A stretch of 64,000 nt of DNA, taken from the IMG/VR virus record IMGVR_UViG_3300010391_001464, positions 26,145-90,144 of that record. The stretch is one strand, 5' to 3'. This DNA is from a virus. Every line of letters begins with the position of its first letter. Within the stretch, counting starts at the first letter, position 1. A model generated the notes under the pieces. The model was not told the origin of the DNA. It did no database searches and saw nothing but the letters and a program-made list of their open reading frames with translations. Position numbers and translations under genes: made by a program. Shown here piece after piece: positions 19,622-30,544 of this stretch.

Positions 19622-20242
19622 ATGTCTACGAGTACACCTACTACACCAGAAGTAAAAAAGAAAGGGATCTTCAATAGGGCCCTTGATATTTTAGTTCCGC
19701 CAATTGAAGAAAAACCTTCAGTACAACCTCAAACACAGAGTGTTGTATCTGAGGTAAAAAGTATAAAATCTCCCAAAATTGACCAGGATATGTACGCATC
19801 TATCATGGAAGCATTGAAGGGAAGAGGGAGAGTTTTTCATGAATTTATGGGGAAGTCAGAGGAAATGAAAACCTTCGTTCCTGACGAGCCGGCGAGAATA
19901 AAAGCAACATCTATTGCGATGTCAGTTTCTAAGGAAGCTCTTTCATCTGCCATTAATGAGATCAGAACTGGTCTTACTGTTGAGAAAAATGGGTTTAGTA
20001 TTGAAATTGAAAAAGCTTTAAAAGATAATTCACTCATTACAAACAATATCAACAGCATAGAGAAACAAATATCAGATCTTCAAGAAAAACTTGTTAGTCT
20101 TACAGAAAAGAAAACAAGTATGGCAACAGAACTTCAGGAGAAAATTCAAAAAGTTGAATCAATAAAAGAAATTTTTGAAGCAACTCTTGCAGCAATTACA
20201 TCTGAGATCGATGCAATGGAATCAAAAATAAACTTCATATAA
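19622..20242 (+). CDS. Coiled-coil hypothetical protein
   Basis: Heptad-rich C-terminus; SD GGAG. Confidence 0.65.
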   Translation: MSTSTPTTPEVKKKGIFNRALDILVPPIEEKPSVQPQTQSVVSEVKSIKSPKIDQDMYASIMEALKGRGRVFHEFMGKSEEMKTFVPDEPARIKATSIAMSVSKEALSSAINEIRTGLTVEKNGFSIEIEKALKDNSLITNNINSIEKQISDLQEKLVSLTEKKTSMATELQEKIQKVESIKEIFEATLAAITSEIDAMESKINFI

Positions 20243-20252
20243 GGGGGCAACC

Positions 20253-21272
20253 ATGGATATAGGTGATAAATCAAAATCATTTTGGGAACGTCCGGAGGGA
20301 ACAACTGGAATGATAACATTAGCACTTCTAGGAATAGGCGGTGCTATTCTGTTAAGTACTGTTCTTCCCTTCATCATATCTCTTTTACAGAATACTATAT
20401 ATGCAGCTTTCCTTTTTACGATCCTTGCAGCTATTGTATTTCTGGTAACAAATAAGAAGATAAGAACTATAGTATCTTATATGTTCAAATCAATCATGAG
20501 GTCAATGACAAATGTTTTTATTACAATTGACCCTATCGGAATATTAAAGAATTATATTTCCGATCTTGAAAGTAGTCTTGTAGACATGGATGAACAGAAT
20601 GCAATAGTGAAAGGACAAATAAGAGCTCTAGACATAGAAATAAATAATAATGAGTCTAAGAGACAAAAGTCCCTAAATATCGCAAAGGTTGCAAATGAAC
20701 AGGGACAAAAACTTGCTGTTACTCTTGAAGGAAGAAAGGCCGGAAGACTTAAAGAAACAAATTTAACATATCAAGGGCTCAGAACCAAGTTTGAGCTCTT
20801 ATATCGTACATTAATAAAAATGTACGAAAGATCTGACTTTCTTCTACAAGATATGAAGTCAGAAGTAGAAGTAAAAGAAAAAGAATATAATATAGTTAAA
20901 GCATCCTATTCTGCCTATAGGTCGGCAGTAAAGATAGTCAATGGTGATAAGGATGCAAGAGAACTTTTCGAACAGACCATGGAATATTTGGCTGAAGACT
21001 ATGGAAAGAAGCTCGGAGAAATTGAACACTTTATGGAAACCAGTCAAAAATTTGTAGCTTCAGTTGATATTCAAAATGGAATATATGAAGCAGATGCTCT
21101 GAAGAATCTGGAAACATGGGAAAAAGACATGGATAATATTCTTCTTCCGGGCCCAGAAAAAAGAGAACTGATCGAAATGTCAAACGATATCAGTCATCCC
21201 CTTGTTTTTGAAAAAGAAAAAGTACCAGTTGCTGCAAGAAAGAAATCTGGAAATAAATATCTGGATGTTTAA
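20253..21272 (+). CDS. Membrane-anchored coiled-coil (PspA-like) protein
   Basis: Two N-terminal TM helices, then DPIGIL..YI.DL and a long coiled coil. Confidence 0.55.
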   Translation: MDIGDKSKSFWERPEGTTGMITLALLGIGGAILLSTVLPFIISLLQNTIYAAFLFTILAAIVFLVTNKKIRTIVSYMFKSIMRSMTNVFITIDPIGILKNYISDLESSLVDMDEQNAIVKGQIRALDIEINNNESKRQKSLNIAKVANEQGQKLAVTLEGRKAGRLKETNLTYQGLRTKFELLYRTLIKMYERSDFLLQDMKSEVEVKEKEYNIVKASYSAYRSAVKIVNGDKDARELFEQTMEYLAEDYGKKLGEIEHFMETSQKFVASVDIQNGIYEADALKNLETWEKDMDNILLPGPEKRELIEMSNDISHPLVFEKEKVPVAARKKSGNKYLDV

Positions 21273-21300
21273 AAATCAATCGGAAAAGGAGAACATCTAC

Positions 21301-22842
21301 ATGCAAGGAAGACGTATGGGTCCAGCACTAAAAGGAATAATTATTTTCGCAGTTGCAGCAGCACTTTTCTTCGGATTCGTAAAGTACAAACATATGATCA
21401 TACCCGAAGGAAGACAAACAAAATCAATTCTTTCTGATGACACCAAAAAGGCGGTCAAGGACGGGACCAAGGTTTACAGTATATGTGTTGTTACTTGGCC
21501 CGGATATGCAGGAGCCCAGTTATTTAACAATGGATTCTCTGCAAACAAGGATTCTGAGTATTACAAAAAGTATGGGATCATGGTTGATTTCAAGATTATA
21601 GATGACCTTAAACCCAGTCGGGATGCTTTCATTGATGGTAAATGTGATCTTCTATGGATGACATTTGACTCAATGTCCCCAGAAGCAGATTCCTTAGCTA
21701 AAGTTGGGGCAGAAGCTGTATGGGGGGCTGATAAGAGCAGAGGTGGAGATGTTGTTGTTGTTACACATGACATCAAAACTATAAATGATCTGGCCGGTCA
21801 GCCAGTAGCTTTTGCCCAAGCATCACCATCAAACTCATATCTTTTGATTCTTTTGAAAGCGGCTGGAAAGGAATGGAGTTTTATAAAACCAGTTGCTGTC
21901 GACTCGGCTATCACTGCAGCAAAATATTTCCAAGATGGGAAAGTAAAGGCTGCAATCGTATGGTCTCCAGACGATGAAACATGTGTAAGTAAGGTTCCGG
22001 GTGCAAGAAAATTTGCATCTACAAAGACCCATACAGATGTGATAAGCGATGGATTTTGGGCCAAGAAGGAAAATGTTGAAGCCAACTTCAATGACTTCGT
22101 CAATATCTATCGTGGATGGATGATTGGAAATGCTAGAATAAATTCTTCTTCTGAGCAAAAGATTAAAGCTGCTAAGATTTTATCTTCTGGATTAAATATA
22201 TCAGAAGGAGATGCAATGAATGCCTTGGATAAGGTGAGGCTTCTAACTCATGGTGATAATATAAATCTATTTGGAATGAATTCCTCGTTTACAGGTATAA
22301 CTGCAGACGACCTTTATTCCAATACTGCAAGGATTTATGAAGCCATTGGTTATGCCTCAAATTCTCCTTCATGGCGAACTGTAAGTACTAATAAGATCAT
22401 TGCGGCTGCTAGTGACCTTACGTCAGAACCAGGTCAGAATGCAGAAGGTCAAATGAAATTTACCGCTGCATCTCCAAGTCTCCTAAATGAACCGGTTATC
22501 GCAAGTCAAGCTGTAAGTATTACCTTCAACACAGGTTCATCTGAAATTGATGACAATGGAAAAGTTATCCTTCAGATAGCAGTTGGTGAAACTCTCCGGA
22601 AACTATCTTGATCAAGGGTAAAAATTGAAGGACATACTGATAACATCGGAGATCCAGCAAGCAACAGACGTCTATCAAAAAGAAGGGCAGAGTCCGTTGT
22701 TGGATATCTCGTATCTAAATATAACTTCGATCGAAACAGATTTATTGTTGATGGGAAGGGACAAGAACATCCCATTATGACAAATGAAACAGAAGAAGGT
22801 CGAAGAACAAACAGAAGAACTGAAATTGCAATTTTGAATTAA
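21301..22842 (+). CDS. ABC substrate-binding protein (SsuA/NMT1-like) fused to an OmpA-like peptidoglycan-binding domain; in-frame TGA at 22609
   Basis: TWPGY, D.SRGGD, VWSPD; after the TGA the frame continues IEGHTDNIGD..SN..LSKRRAESV...NRRTE to TAA at 22842. Confidence 0.8.
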
Positions 22843-22966
22843 ACTTCAAGTGGAGATGTATTATTAAATAATATTTGTTCGATAGTGTAAATCCTAGATT
22901 GCTTGTTGCAATAGGTATATCGATAAATCTGATAATACATCTCCACAATTTCTTTAAAGGAGAACT

Positions 22967-23770
22967 ATGAATTATTCTTCTCTGTTTGAATTGAGAGGAT
23001 TTGTACAAGAACGAGATAAAAAAATTTTAAGCATTATTGGAACGATGGGTGTTATATTTATATGGCAATTAATTGTAACAATATTTAATATAAATGAGGC
23101 AACATTACCTTCACCGATTAAAGTAATGTACTCATTTAAGGAGTTGCATTTTGAAGATGCATTGATAAGAAATGCATTATATTCATTAAAATTGAACCTT
23201 CTTGGTATGACATATGCAGTTTTATTTGCATTACCCTTAGGGTTTTTAATTGGACTATTTCCAATATTTAAACATCTTACTGAAAAACAAATAGCAGTGT
23301 TTAGATATTTACCATTGACATTACTTATAGGTGTTTTTATACATGCTTTTGGATTTTATGATATGATGAAGATGAGTTTTTTAGCAGTTGGTATTTTCGT
23401 TTATCTTCTACCTACTGTTGTACTTCGAGTAAGTGAAGTAGATGAAGTATATGTACAAACTGTTAAAACTCTAGGTGCGTCAAAATGGCAAACGATAAAG
23501 ACTATTTTTGTCCCAGGAGTCTTATCAAAAACCTTTGATGACATAATAGTCTTAGCACCAATATCCTGGACATATATTATCATTGCTGAAATGATGAATA
23601 ATACAGGTGGTTTAGGAGCTCTAGCATATCTTGCTGGACGACAATCAAGGGCAGATAAAGCATTTGCAATCCTTGTAACTGTCTTTATAATAGGAATGAT
23701 TCTAGATAAAGGATTTTCCTATCTAGATAAAATTTTCTTTAAATTCAAATATGTAAAGAAGGGGGATTGA
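22967..23770 (+). CDS. ABC transporter permease (SsuC/TauC-like)
   Basis: LPSP, multiple TM helices, EAA-like KTLGASKWQ, W.YIIIAE. Confidence 0.88.
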   Translation: MNYSSLFELRGFVQERDKKILSIIGTMGVIFIWQLIVTIFNINEATLPSPIKVMYSFKELHFEDALIRNALYSLKLNLLGMTYAVLFALPLGFLIGLFPIFKHLTEKQIAVFRYLPLTLLIGVFIHAFGFYDMMKMSFLAVGIFVYLLPTVVLRVSEVDEVYVQTVKTLGASKWQTIKTIFVPGVLSKTFDDIIVLAPISWTYIIIAEMMNNTGGLGALAYLAGRQSRADKAFAILVTVFIIGMILDKGFSYLDKIFFKFKYVKKGD

Positions 23771-23774
23771 TAAA

Positions 23775-24575
23775 ATGAGTGTAGAATTTAAAAATACATC
23801 CCTTCCAGATATTATTGAGTTGAGAAATATAAATCAGTCATATGGTGACAAAGTAATTATAAAAGATTTTAATTTATTAGTTGAAGATAAACCAAATATG
23901 GGGCAATTTGAAGTAATTCTAGGCGAATCTGGATGTGGAAAGTCTACTATTTTAAGATATATCGCAGGACTACAAAAACCTACTTCAGGTGAAGTTTTTA
24001 TTCATGCAAAACCAAGAACTAATGAACCGATAAGTATGGTATTCCAAAGATACTCTTCAATTCCGTGGTTATCAGTCCTTCAAAATGTAATACTTCCCTT
24101 AGATATTAGAAATGAGGGAGATAAAAAGGAAAGAGAACAAAAAGCAAGAGAAATGATAAAAACGGTTGATCTAGAAGGGCATGAAGATAAATATGCAGTT
24201 TATCCTCTCCTTTCTGGTGGACAACTTCAGAGAGTAGCTATTGCTAGAAGTTTGATTTCCAATCCTGAAATTTTATTAATGGATGAGCCTTTTGGGGCTC
24301 TTGATAATAATACAAGAAATAAGATGCAGGTAATGTTAGCAAAATTATGGGAGAAGTACCAATCAACTATAATCTTTGTTACCCATGATATACGCGAAGC
24401 AGTATTTTTGGCAGATAATATCTACATAATGAAGTCAAATCCCGCATATATTGAAAAACTAATTCATATTGATTTACCTTTAGTAAGAGATAGATATACT
24501 AAGAATGAAAAGAAGTTCTTAGATCTCGTAGATTATGTTGAGAATGCTCTACTAAATATCAATGTGAAAAAATAA
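23775..24575 (+). CDS. ABC transporter ATPase (SsuB/TauB-like)
   Basis: GESGCGKS, LSGGQ, LLMDEPFGALD, VTHD. Confidence 0.95.
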   Translation: MSVEFKNTSLPDIIELRNINQSYGDKVIIKDFNLLVEDKPNMGQFEVILGESGCGKSTILRYIAGLQKPTSGEVFIHAKPRTNEPISMVFQRYSSIPWLSVLQNVILPLDIRNEGDKKEREQKAREMIKTVDLEGHEDKYAVYPLLSGGQLQRVAIARSLISNPEILLMDEPFGALDNNTRNKMQVMLAKLWEKYQSTIIFVTHDIREAVFLADNIYIMKSNPAYIEKLIHIDLPLVRDRYTKNEKKFLDLVDYVENALLNINVKK

Positions 24576-24889
24576 GTTTGATTCTTAAAAAGTCAGAATA
24601 AATAATATAAAAGTCGGGGGCATTAATAGAAGACCTGTGAATCTTCAATGCCTTTGAATTTTGGAGAAATTATAGAGATGAAAGAAAATGGAATATGGAC
24701 TCCAGAAGTAGAAAATGGAAAAATATTTATAGAAAGTTCTGACTTCTCTCATGATGTAAGATTATATATCGATGGTGATTTTAAAGACATAAAACAAAAG
24801 ATGAAATATGCAACTGAACTTGCAGTAAGATTAAATTTTGTGAATTTAATAAAGTAGAAAAAGTCTTAAACCTTATAAAATATAGAAAT

Positions 24890-24963
24890 TCGGGAGTCAT
24901 CTAGTGGTAGGATGTAGTCCTTTGAAGACTGTCACGGTCGTTCGACCCGACCCTCTCGAACCA
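24890..24963 (+). tRNA. tRNA-Gln(UUG)
   Basis: Cloverleaf, anticodon loop CTTTGAA, CCA end. Confidence 0.9.
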
Positions 24964-25390
24964 TTTAAAAAATAATTTAACATATGAGAGAAAAAAGTGA
25001 AAAATAATATTACATTTATTCAGTGGTTTAAATCCTCCGGTATTTATATATCTATTATTTCATTAATAGTTTTAATCTACATGGGAATATTTTTAAGATT
25101 TGGATTTTATATGGTATATGAATTTCAATATAAAAAATATGTTCAAGAAGAAATCAAAGGAATGATTAATAAGGAGTGTTTAACGAATGATCATAAATAT
25201 TAGTTGCAAAATATGTAAAAAAAGAGTACAAATTGATTCAACAGAGTATATATTAAAAACAGATGACTTCGGTAAATGTCCTGATTGTACAGGATTAAAA
25301 AAGATCATTCAACCAAAATTAGAAGACAAACATGAATGTAATATCTGTACAGATTATTGCACATGTAAATAAAGTTATCGCTCGGGGGCT

Positions 25391-25484
25391 AATGAATGGT
25401 GGTCATTAAAGGGCATTCCAGGTGATGTAAGACCATATGGGCCATGCTACAGATATTAAATCGTGGACTTGACTGCCATTCATT
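25391..25484 (+). ncRNA. Putative structured RNA
   Basis: 15-bp closing stem AATGAATGGTGGTCA/TGACTGCCATTCATT in a GC-richer intergenic stretch. Confidence 0.4.
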
Positions 25485-25533
25485 TTCTTTACTAAACTTT
25501 TGAGTATTGTTTTAATAGTAATCATTAATATAA

Positions 25534-25566
25534 GCCCTTATAATTCAACTGGTAGAATAGCTGATC
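25534..25566 (+). pseudogene. Orphan tRNA 5' half
   Basis: GCCCTTA-TA-ATTC AACTGGTA GAAT-A-GCTGA, then interrupted. Confidence 0.6.
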
Positions 25567-25603
25567 TCTTTCTATATAGAACATATATAGAAAGAGGTTA
25601 GTA

Positions 25604-26277
25604 ATGTTTTGTAAATTTTGCAATAAAGAATGTAAAAACAATAATTCGATTATAAATCATGAAAGATTATGCAAATTAAATTCTAATAGACATATAAGTT
25701 CATTTATAGAATATAATAAAAAAGTAAAGAATTTAGAAGTAATAAAATTAAATACTAATGGTGCTACAAAAGCAAAAAATTTAGGAAAAGTATTTATAAT
25801 ATCTAATAAAACTAGAGAAAAAATTAGAATTAAAAGTTTAGGAAGAAAACATTCAGAAAAGTTTAAGACTAACCAAAGATTTAATGCTTTTAAAAATAAA
25901 TTAGGTGGGCACACTTCTAAAAAAGTCTTTATTATAAAAAAGAACATGGAGATATAGTATATTTACATTCAAGTTATGAATTAATAGTCGCTAAAGAACT
26001 TGATTATTATCATATAGAATGGACTAGACCTGATCCTTTAATTTGGACAGATAATGTAAAACATAGATATTATCCAGATTTTTATTTACCTGAATTTAAT
26101 ATATATTTAGATACAAAGAATGATTACTTGATAGAAAAAGATAAATATAAAATAGATAAAGTTATAAAAGAGAATAATATCAAATTATTTATAATAGATA
26201 AAAATAATCTATCATGGCTTAAAATAAAAAATATAATTTGCCCGCTAAGCATTAATGGTGATGCAGAGGTTTTGTAA
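25604..26277 (+). mobile_element. NUMOD3 plus PD-(D/E)xK (TnsA-like) homing endonuclease; frameshift near 25922
   Basis: GRKHSE repeat; second frame LHSSYE...YYPDFYLPEFNIYLDTKN; stop TAA falls in the tRNA-Thr anticodon loop. Confidence 0.75.
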
Positions 26278-26314
26278 ACCTCAGAACTCGGTTCGATACC
26301 GGGAGTGGGCTCCA
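26240..26314 (+). tRNA. tRNA-Thr(UGU)
   Basis: GCCCGCT/AGTGGGC acceptor, GAGGT-TTTGTAA-ACCTC anticodon arm, CCA end. Confidence 0.9.
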
Positions 26315-26396
26315 TTTTAGGAGAAAAAGAAAGATGAGATATAATTATTATAAATGGTACTTCCATTAAGTAATTTTGCTTAATAGGAGGTACATA

Positions 26397-26702
26397 ATGA
26401 AATTTTATACTTATAATTATTATAAAGGGGATAGATTTAAAATGTATTATAATTTTAGATCTGACTCAGTTCCAGGAATACATAAAAGAAGAAGATGGTT
26501 CAAAATTTATTATCATTGCCATATTGATTGCATGAATGAAAAAAGAAGATGGACTGATGATTTTAAGTTAATAAAAGAGTACCATATAAAATTCAGAATT
26601 AAAAGATCTATATCAAATCTTCCAGATACTTGGGATGATATTCCTAAAGGTAGAACAACTAAAGGTTGGAAAAGATCAAGAAAACAAAAACAATGGATGT
26701 AA
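26397..26702 (+). CDS. Basic hypothetical phage protein
   Basis: ATG after GGAGG; LPDTWDD...KGWK. Confidence 0.55.
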   Translation: MKFYTYNYYKGDRFKMYYNFRSDSVPGIHKRRRWFKIYYHCHIDCMNEKRRWTDDFKLIKEYHIKFRIKRSISNLPDTWDDIPKGRTTKGWKRSRKQKQWM

Positions 26703-26729
26703 TTTGGTGAATATAAATGGAGGAATAAA

Positions 26730-27206
26730 ATGAAAACCAAAGAAGAATTATTATCTGATTTAAAAAAGAAATATAAAGAATATGATGATAAATTTTCTAT
26801 ACTATCTAGAGAAAGTAGAACTATAGAACAAGAAATAGAAAAATTAAGTTCTGATATAATTTTAGAGAATAAATATCTATCTAAAGAATCTTGGACTCTA
26901 TCTATCGGAAGAAGTAAAAAAGATTTTTATTTAACTAGTCATTTGAAAAATAGAAAGAATTTTCATGAAATATTAAAACTATCAAGTGGACCATATCATC
27001 ATTCAATTTCAATTAATGAAGTTACATTATCATTTAATGACAATGATGTATATTTATATTTTAAATCTTCAAAACAAGGATTAGAATTTATAAAAGAACA
27101 AGGTATAAAACCAAATATAACAACACTCAAAAAAGATTTTGATGAATTAGAATCATCATTAATTAGTATTAAAACTATTCTGGAGATGTTTAGTGAAAAC
27201 AATTAA
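26730..27206 (+). CDS. Hypothetical protein
   Basis: ORF with SD GGAGG. Confidence 0.6.
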   Translation: MKTKEELLSDLKKKYKEYDDKFSILSRESRTIEQEIEKLSSDIILENKYLSKESWTLSIGRSKKDFYLTSHLKNRKNFHEILKLSSGPYHHSISINEVTLSFNDNDVYLYFKSSKQGLEFIKEQGIKPNITTLKKDFDELESSLISIKTILEMFSENN

Positions 27207-27219
27207 CGAATAAGTTCCT

Positions 27220-27660
27220 TTGAGTATTATAATACTCAAAGGAATTATTTTTTTTGATGGTGAGTATAGATTTTTATCAAATTTCTATATATGTGAAGTA
27301 CCATTTGAAGGGAATATTTATTCTTCTTCCGAACATGCATATCAAGCTGCAAAAAGTTTAGATGTTGAAATTAGAGAACAAATTAGACTTTTAAAAACTC
27401 CAGGTGAGTCTAAAAAGTTCGGCGGAAAAATTAAAATAAGACCTAACTGGAATCAAATTAAATTCAATAAAATGTATGAAATAGTTTTAAATAAATTCTA
27501 TAATAATAAAGAATTAAAAAAATTATTACTAGAAACTGGAGATGCAGAATTAATTGAAGGAAATTACTGGAATGATACTTTTTGGGGTATATGTAATGGA
27601 GTAGGAGAAAATAACTTAGGAAAGATTCTTATGGCAGTAAGAGAATTATTGAAAGGTTAG
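27220..27660 (+). CDS. NADAR (YbiA-like) family protein
   Basis: FLSNFY, SEHAYQAAK, LLETGD..LIE...D.FWG, GENNLGKILM. Confidence 0.92.
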   Translation: MSIIILKGIIFFDGEYRFLSNFYICEVPFEGNIYSSSEHAYQAAKSLDVEIREQIRLLKTPGESKKFGGKIKIRPNWNQIKFNKMYEIVLNKFYNNKELKKLLLETGDAELIEGNYWNDTFWGICNGVGENNLGKILMAVRELLKG

Positions 27661-27661
27661 T

Positions 27662-28216
27662 ATGAGTAATTCGTATTATACAGGCGATGAACATTATAAT
27701 CATAAAAATATTATAAAATATTGTAATCGTTCATTTAAGAATATAGAAGAGATGAATGAAACTATGATTGAGAATAATAATAAAGTTGTCAAATATGGTG
27801 ACAAGGTTTATCATGTAGGGGATTTTTGCTTTGGTTTAGGTAAAGATATAGTTGATAGATTAAATGGACAACATTATTTAATAATTGGAAGTCATGATAG
27901 AAATAATCAAAAAATATATGGTACTATGGTTATAATTGGAGAAGTATATGAGGTTAAAATAAATAATACTTTTATTTTTCTTAATCATTATGCTCAAAGA
28001 GTTTGGCCAAAATCTCACTATGGTTCATGGCATTTATTCGGTCATTCACATGGTAACTTGCCTTCATATGGTAAATCATTTGATGTTGGTGTTGATTCAC
28101 ATAATTTTACACCATGGTCATATAGTGAGATTAAAGAAAGAATGGACTCTATAGAAGTATCTGAATATAAAATATTCGAATCAAGATGGGATAGACCTAT
28201 TAAATCAAAAGAATAA
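27662..28216 (+). CDS. Calcineurin-like metallophosphoesterase
   Basis: GDEH, GDF, GSHD, GHSH, DVGVD. Confidence 0.88.
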   Translation: MSNSYYTGDEHYNHKNIIKYCNRSFKNIEEMNETMIENNNKVVKYGDKVYHVGDFCFGLGKDIVDRLNGQHYLIIGSHDRNNQKIYGTMVIIGEVYEVKINNTFIFLNHYAQRVWPKSHYGSWHLFGHSHGNLPSYGKSFDVGVDSHNFTPWSYSEIKERMDSIEVSEYKIFESRWDRPIKSKE

Positions 28217-28353
28217 GGTTAAAATAAAATGTTTAGAAAATATGAAAAACATTTAGAATTATTGTTCCAAGTATAGATATTAAAGGAAAATTATTTTTAT
28301 CAAAGGAAGAAGATAATAATTGGACATATAAAAAATTAATAAAAATAAGTTAC

Positions 28354-29691
28354 TTGGAGAATAACGTGGAAAAAGTAATACAAATAGCTAAAGAAATAAA
28401 AAAGAATAATGGTTATTGTTATATAAATGGAGGATATGTAAGAGATAAAGTTTTAGGATATCCTTCTAAAGATATTGACGTTGAAGTTTATAAGTTAAAT
28501 CCACAGATTCTTTTCAATATTCTTTCTAAATTTGGAACACCAAAATTAGGAGGTAAAAGTTTTGGAGTATTCAAATTAGATGAATATGATTTTAGTCTTC
28601 CAAGAAGAGAGAAAAAGATAGGGTCCAAACATACGGATTTTGATGTAGAATGTGATAAAAATATGACTCCAGAAGAAGCATGTATAAGAAGAGATCTAAC
28701 AATAAATGCGTTATTAATGGATCCCTTTACAAATTCTATTTACGATTATTATGGTGGTCTTGACGATATAAAAAATAAAATTATTAGACATGTGTCTAAT
28801 AAATTTTCTGAAGATCCTTTAAGAGTAATAAGAGTTGCAAGATTCAGTTCAAGATTTGAATTTGAAATTTATAAAGAAACTAAACTATTATGTGAGTCTC
28901 TATTATGTGAATTAAAATATTTACCAAAAGAAAGATTTTTTACTGAGTTTGAAAGTATTTTATTAAAGAGCAAAAATCCTTCTATTGCATTTAATTTCTT
29001 ATCTTCAATTGGTATAATAGAATCTTATTATCCTGAATTAGATGTATTAAAATATATTGAGCAGGGAGAAAAATATCATCCTGAAGGATCTGTATGGAAC
29101 CATGTTTTAATGGCATTAGACCAAATACCTTTAGAGGAAAGAACATTAACAACAATGTTAGCAATTCTATGTCATGATATGGGAAAAGCAATAGTGAAGC
29201 AAGAAGATAAAGGTGATGGTCATATCTCATTTAAATATCATGCAGATGATGGTGTTTATCCAGCTGAAAAGTTTTTAAAAAGTATAACTAATGAAACTCA
29301 GTTAATAAATAATGTTTTAAATTTAGTAAAACATCATATGAGGCCATATGATTTAAAGAAACAAATTAATAAAAATAACATAAGAAGACTTGCATTAACT
29401 GTTGATATTCCTTCATTAATGATAGTACATAAAGCAGATAAATTAAGAAGAGGTTATCAAGAATTAGATTTAGACTATATTCAGAAGATGATAAAAGTAT
29501 ATAATGAAATAAAAGATGAAGTTAAACCTTTAATTCAAGGAAGACATTTAATTGAATTAGGTTTAGAACCAGGAAACTATTTTGGCCCGATCTTAAAACA
29601 AATATTTGAGTTACAAATAAATGGTGAATTCTCAAATATTGAAGATCGAATTAAATTAGCGAAAGAGAGAAATATAATATGTCTAAAATGA
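28354..29691 (+). CDS. cca: tRNA nucleotidyltransferase (CCA-adding class II) with HD domain
   Basis: GGYVRD, DIDVE, RRDLTINA, EDPLRVIR.ARF, HPEG...H, LCHDMGK. Confidence 0.9.
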   Translation: MENNVEKVIQIAKEIKKNNGYCYINGGYVRDKVLGYPSKDIDVEVYKLNPQILFNILSKFGTPKLGGKSFGVFKLDEYDFSLPRREKKIGSKHTDFDVECDKNMTPEEACIRRDLTINALLMDPFTNSIYDYYGGLDDIKNKIIRHVSNKFSEDPLRVIRVARFSSRFEFEIYKETKLLCESLLCELKYLPKERFFTEFESILLKSKNPSIAFNFLSSIGIIESYYPELDVLKYIEQGEKYHPEGSVWNHVLMALDQIPLEERTLTTMLAILCHDMGKAIVKQEDKGDGHISFKYHADDGVYPAEKFLKSITNETQLINNVLNLVKHHMRPYDLKKQINKNNIRRLALTVDIPSLMIVHKADKLRRGYQELDLDYIQKMIKVYNEIKDEVKPLIQGRHLIELGLEPGNYFGPILKQIFELQINGEFSNIEDRIKLAKERNIICLK

Positions 29692-30113
29692 TATTAAGAG
29701 AAATGTATCAAGGTTGTTATAAGATGTGGAATTGGTTAGCAAAAAATCCTAAACATGATAAATCTGAATATCTTAATATTATTGGTATTTGTAGACCAAT
29801 TCTTAAAAATAATTGTTATGCCTGTGAATATGTTAAACAACGATATAGAGGAGTTAGATCTAGTGGATGTAGAAGATGTCCTTTAAAAAGTTTATGGGTA
29901 TCTAGAAGATCTTTAATAGATGATTATGGTAATAAAGTTAATTCATATTTTTGTGAAGATATAGAAGGGTCACCTTATGAAATTTGGGTTAATAATAATA
30001 GTTTTTATAGAAAAAGTAGTGCCAGAAAAATTGCAAGTTATTGTAAATTAAAACTAAAACAACTTGATAAGAAAAATGAAAGAAGACATGCAAAAAATAA
30101 AAGTAAGGTGTAA
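29679..30113 (+). CDS. Cys-rich hypothetical protein
   Basis: CYACEY, CRRCPL. Confidence 0.55.
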   Translation: MSKMILREMYQGCYKMWNWLAKNPKHDKSEYLNIIGICRPILKNNCYACEYVKQRYRGVRSSGCRRCPLKSLWVSRRSLIDDYGNKVNSYFCEDIEGSPYEIWVNNNSFYRKSSARKIASYCKLKLKQLDKKNERRHAKNKSKV

Positions 30114-30544
30114 ATGGGAATTTAACCATTTTAATAATTGTAATATTTGTTTATTTCAATTTGATTTTAAACATAAATATGTTAAATGTAATGAAGTTTT
30201 TGAAGTCGACTGGACATCTTTTTTAATTAATAAACATTTATTTACTGAAATAGGAGATAGGTAAAAATGAAAGTAAAAATTGAAACTGTAATAGATATTC
30301 CAGATAAAGTTTTATTAAAAGAAAGTGAATTTGCCTCAGCAGTTCAATTAATTTTTGATGATATTACTAACTATATAACATGTAGTCATTTACAAGATGC
30401 AATTATTTGGTGTTCTAAAGCTAAAACTGGAAGTCCAGAAGAAAATAAAAATTCTACTGAATATAGTATATATAAACATCACGAATGGTGGGGCAAAACA
30501 TGTGGAGAACTTGATTGGAAATATAAAGAGATTAAAAAGGAATA

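Noticed and set aside
25534-26314. Intron-containing tRNA
   Set aside because: The orphan 5' half cannot pair with the downstream 3' half, and no group I core was recognised
28229-28350. Short remnant MFRKYEK... possibly the N-terminus of an RNA ligase-like gene
   Set aside because: Too short and broken to support a call
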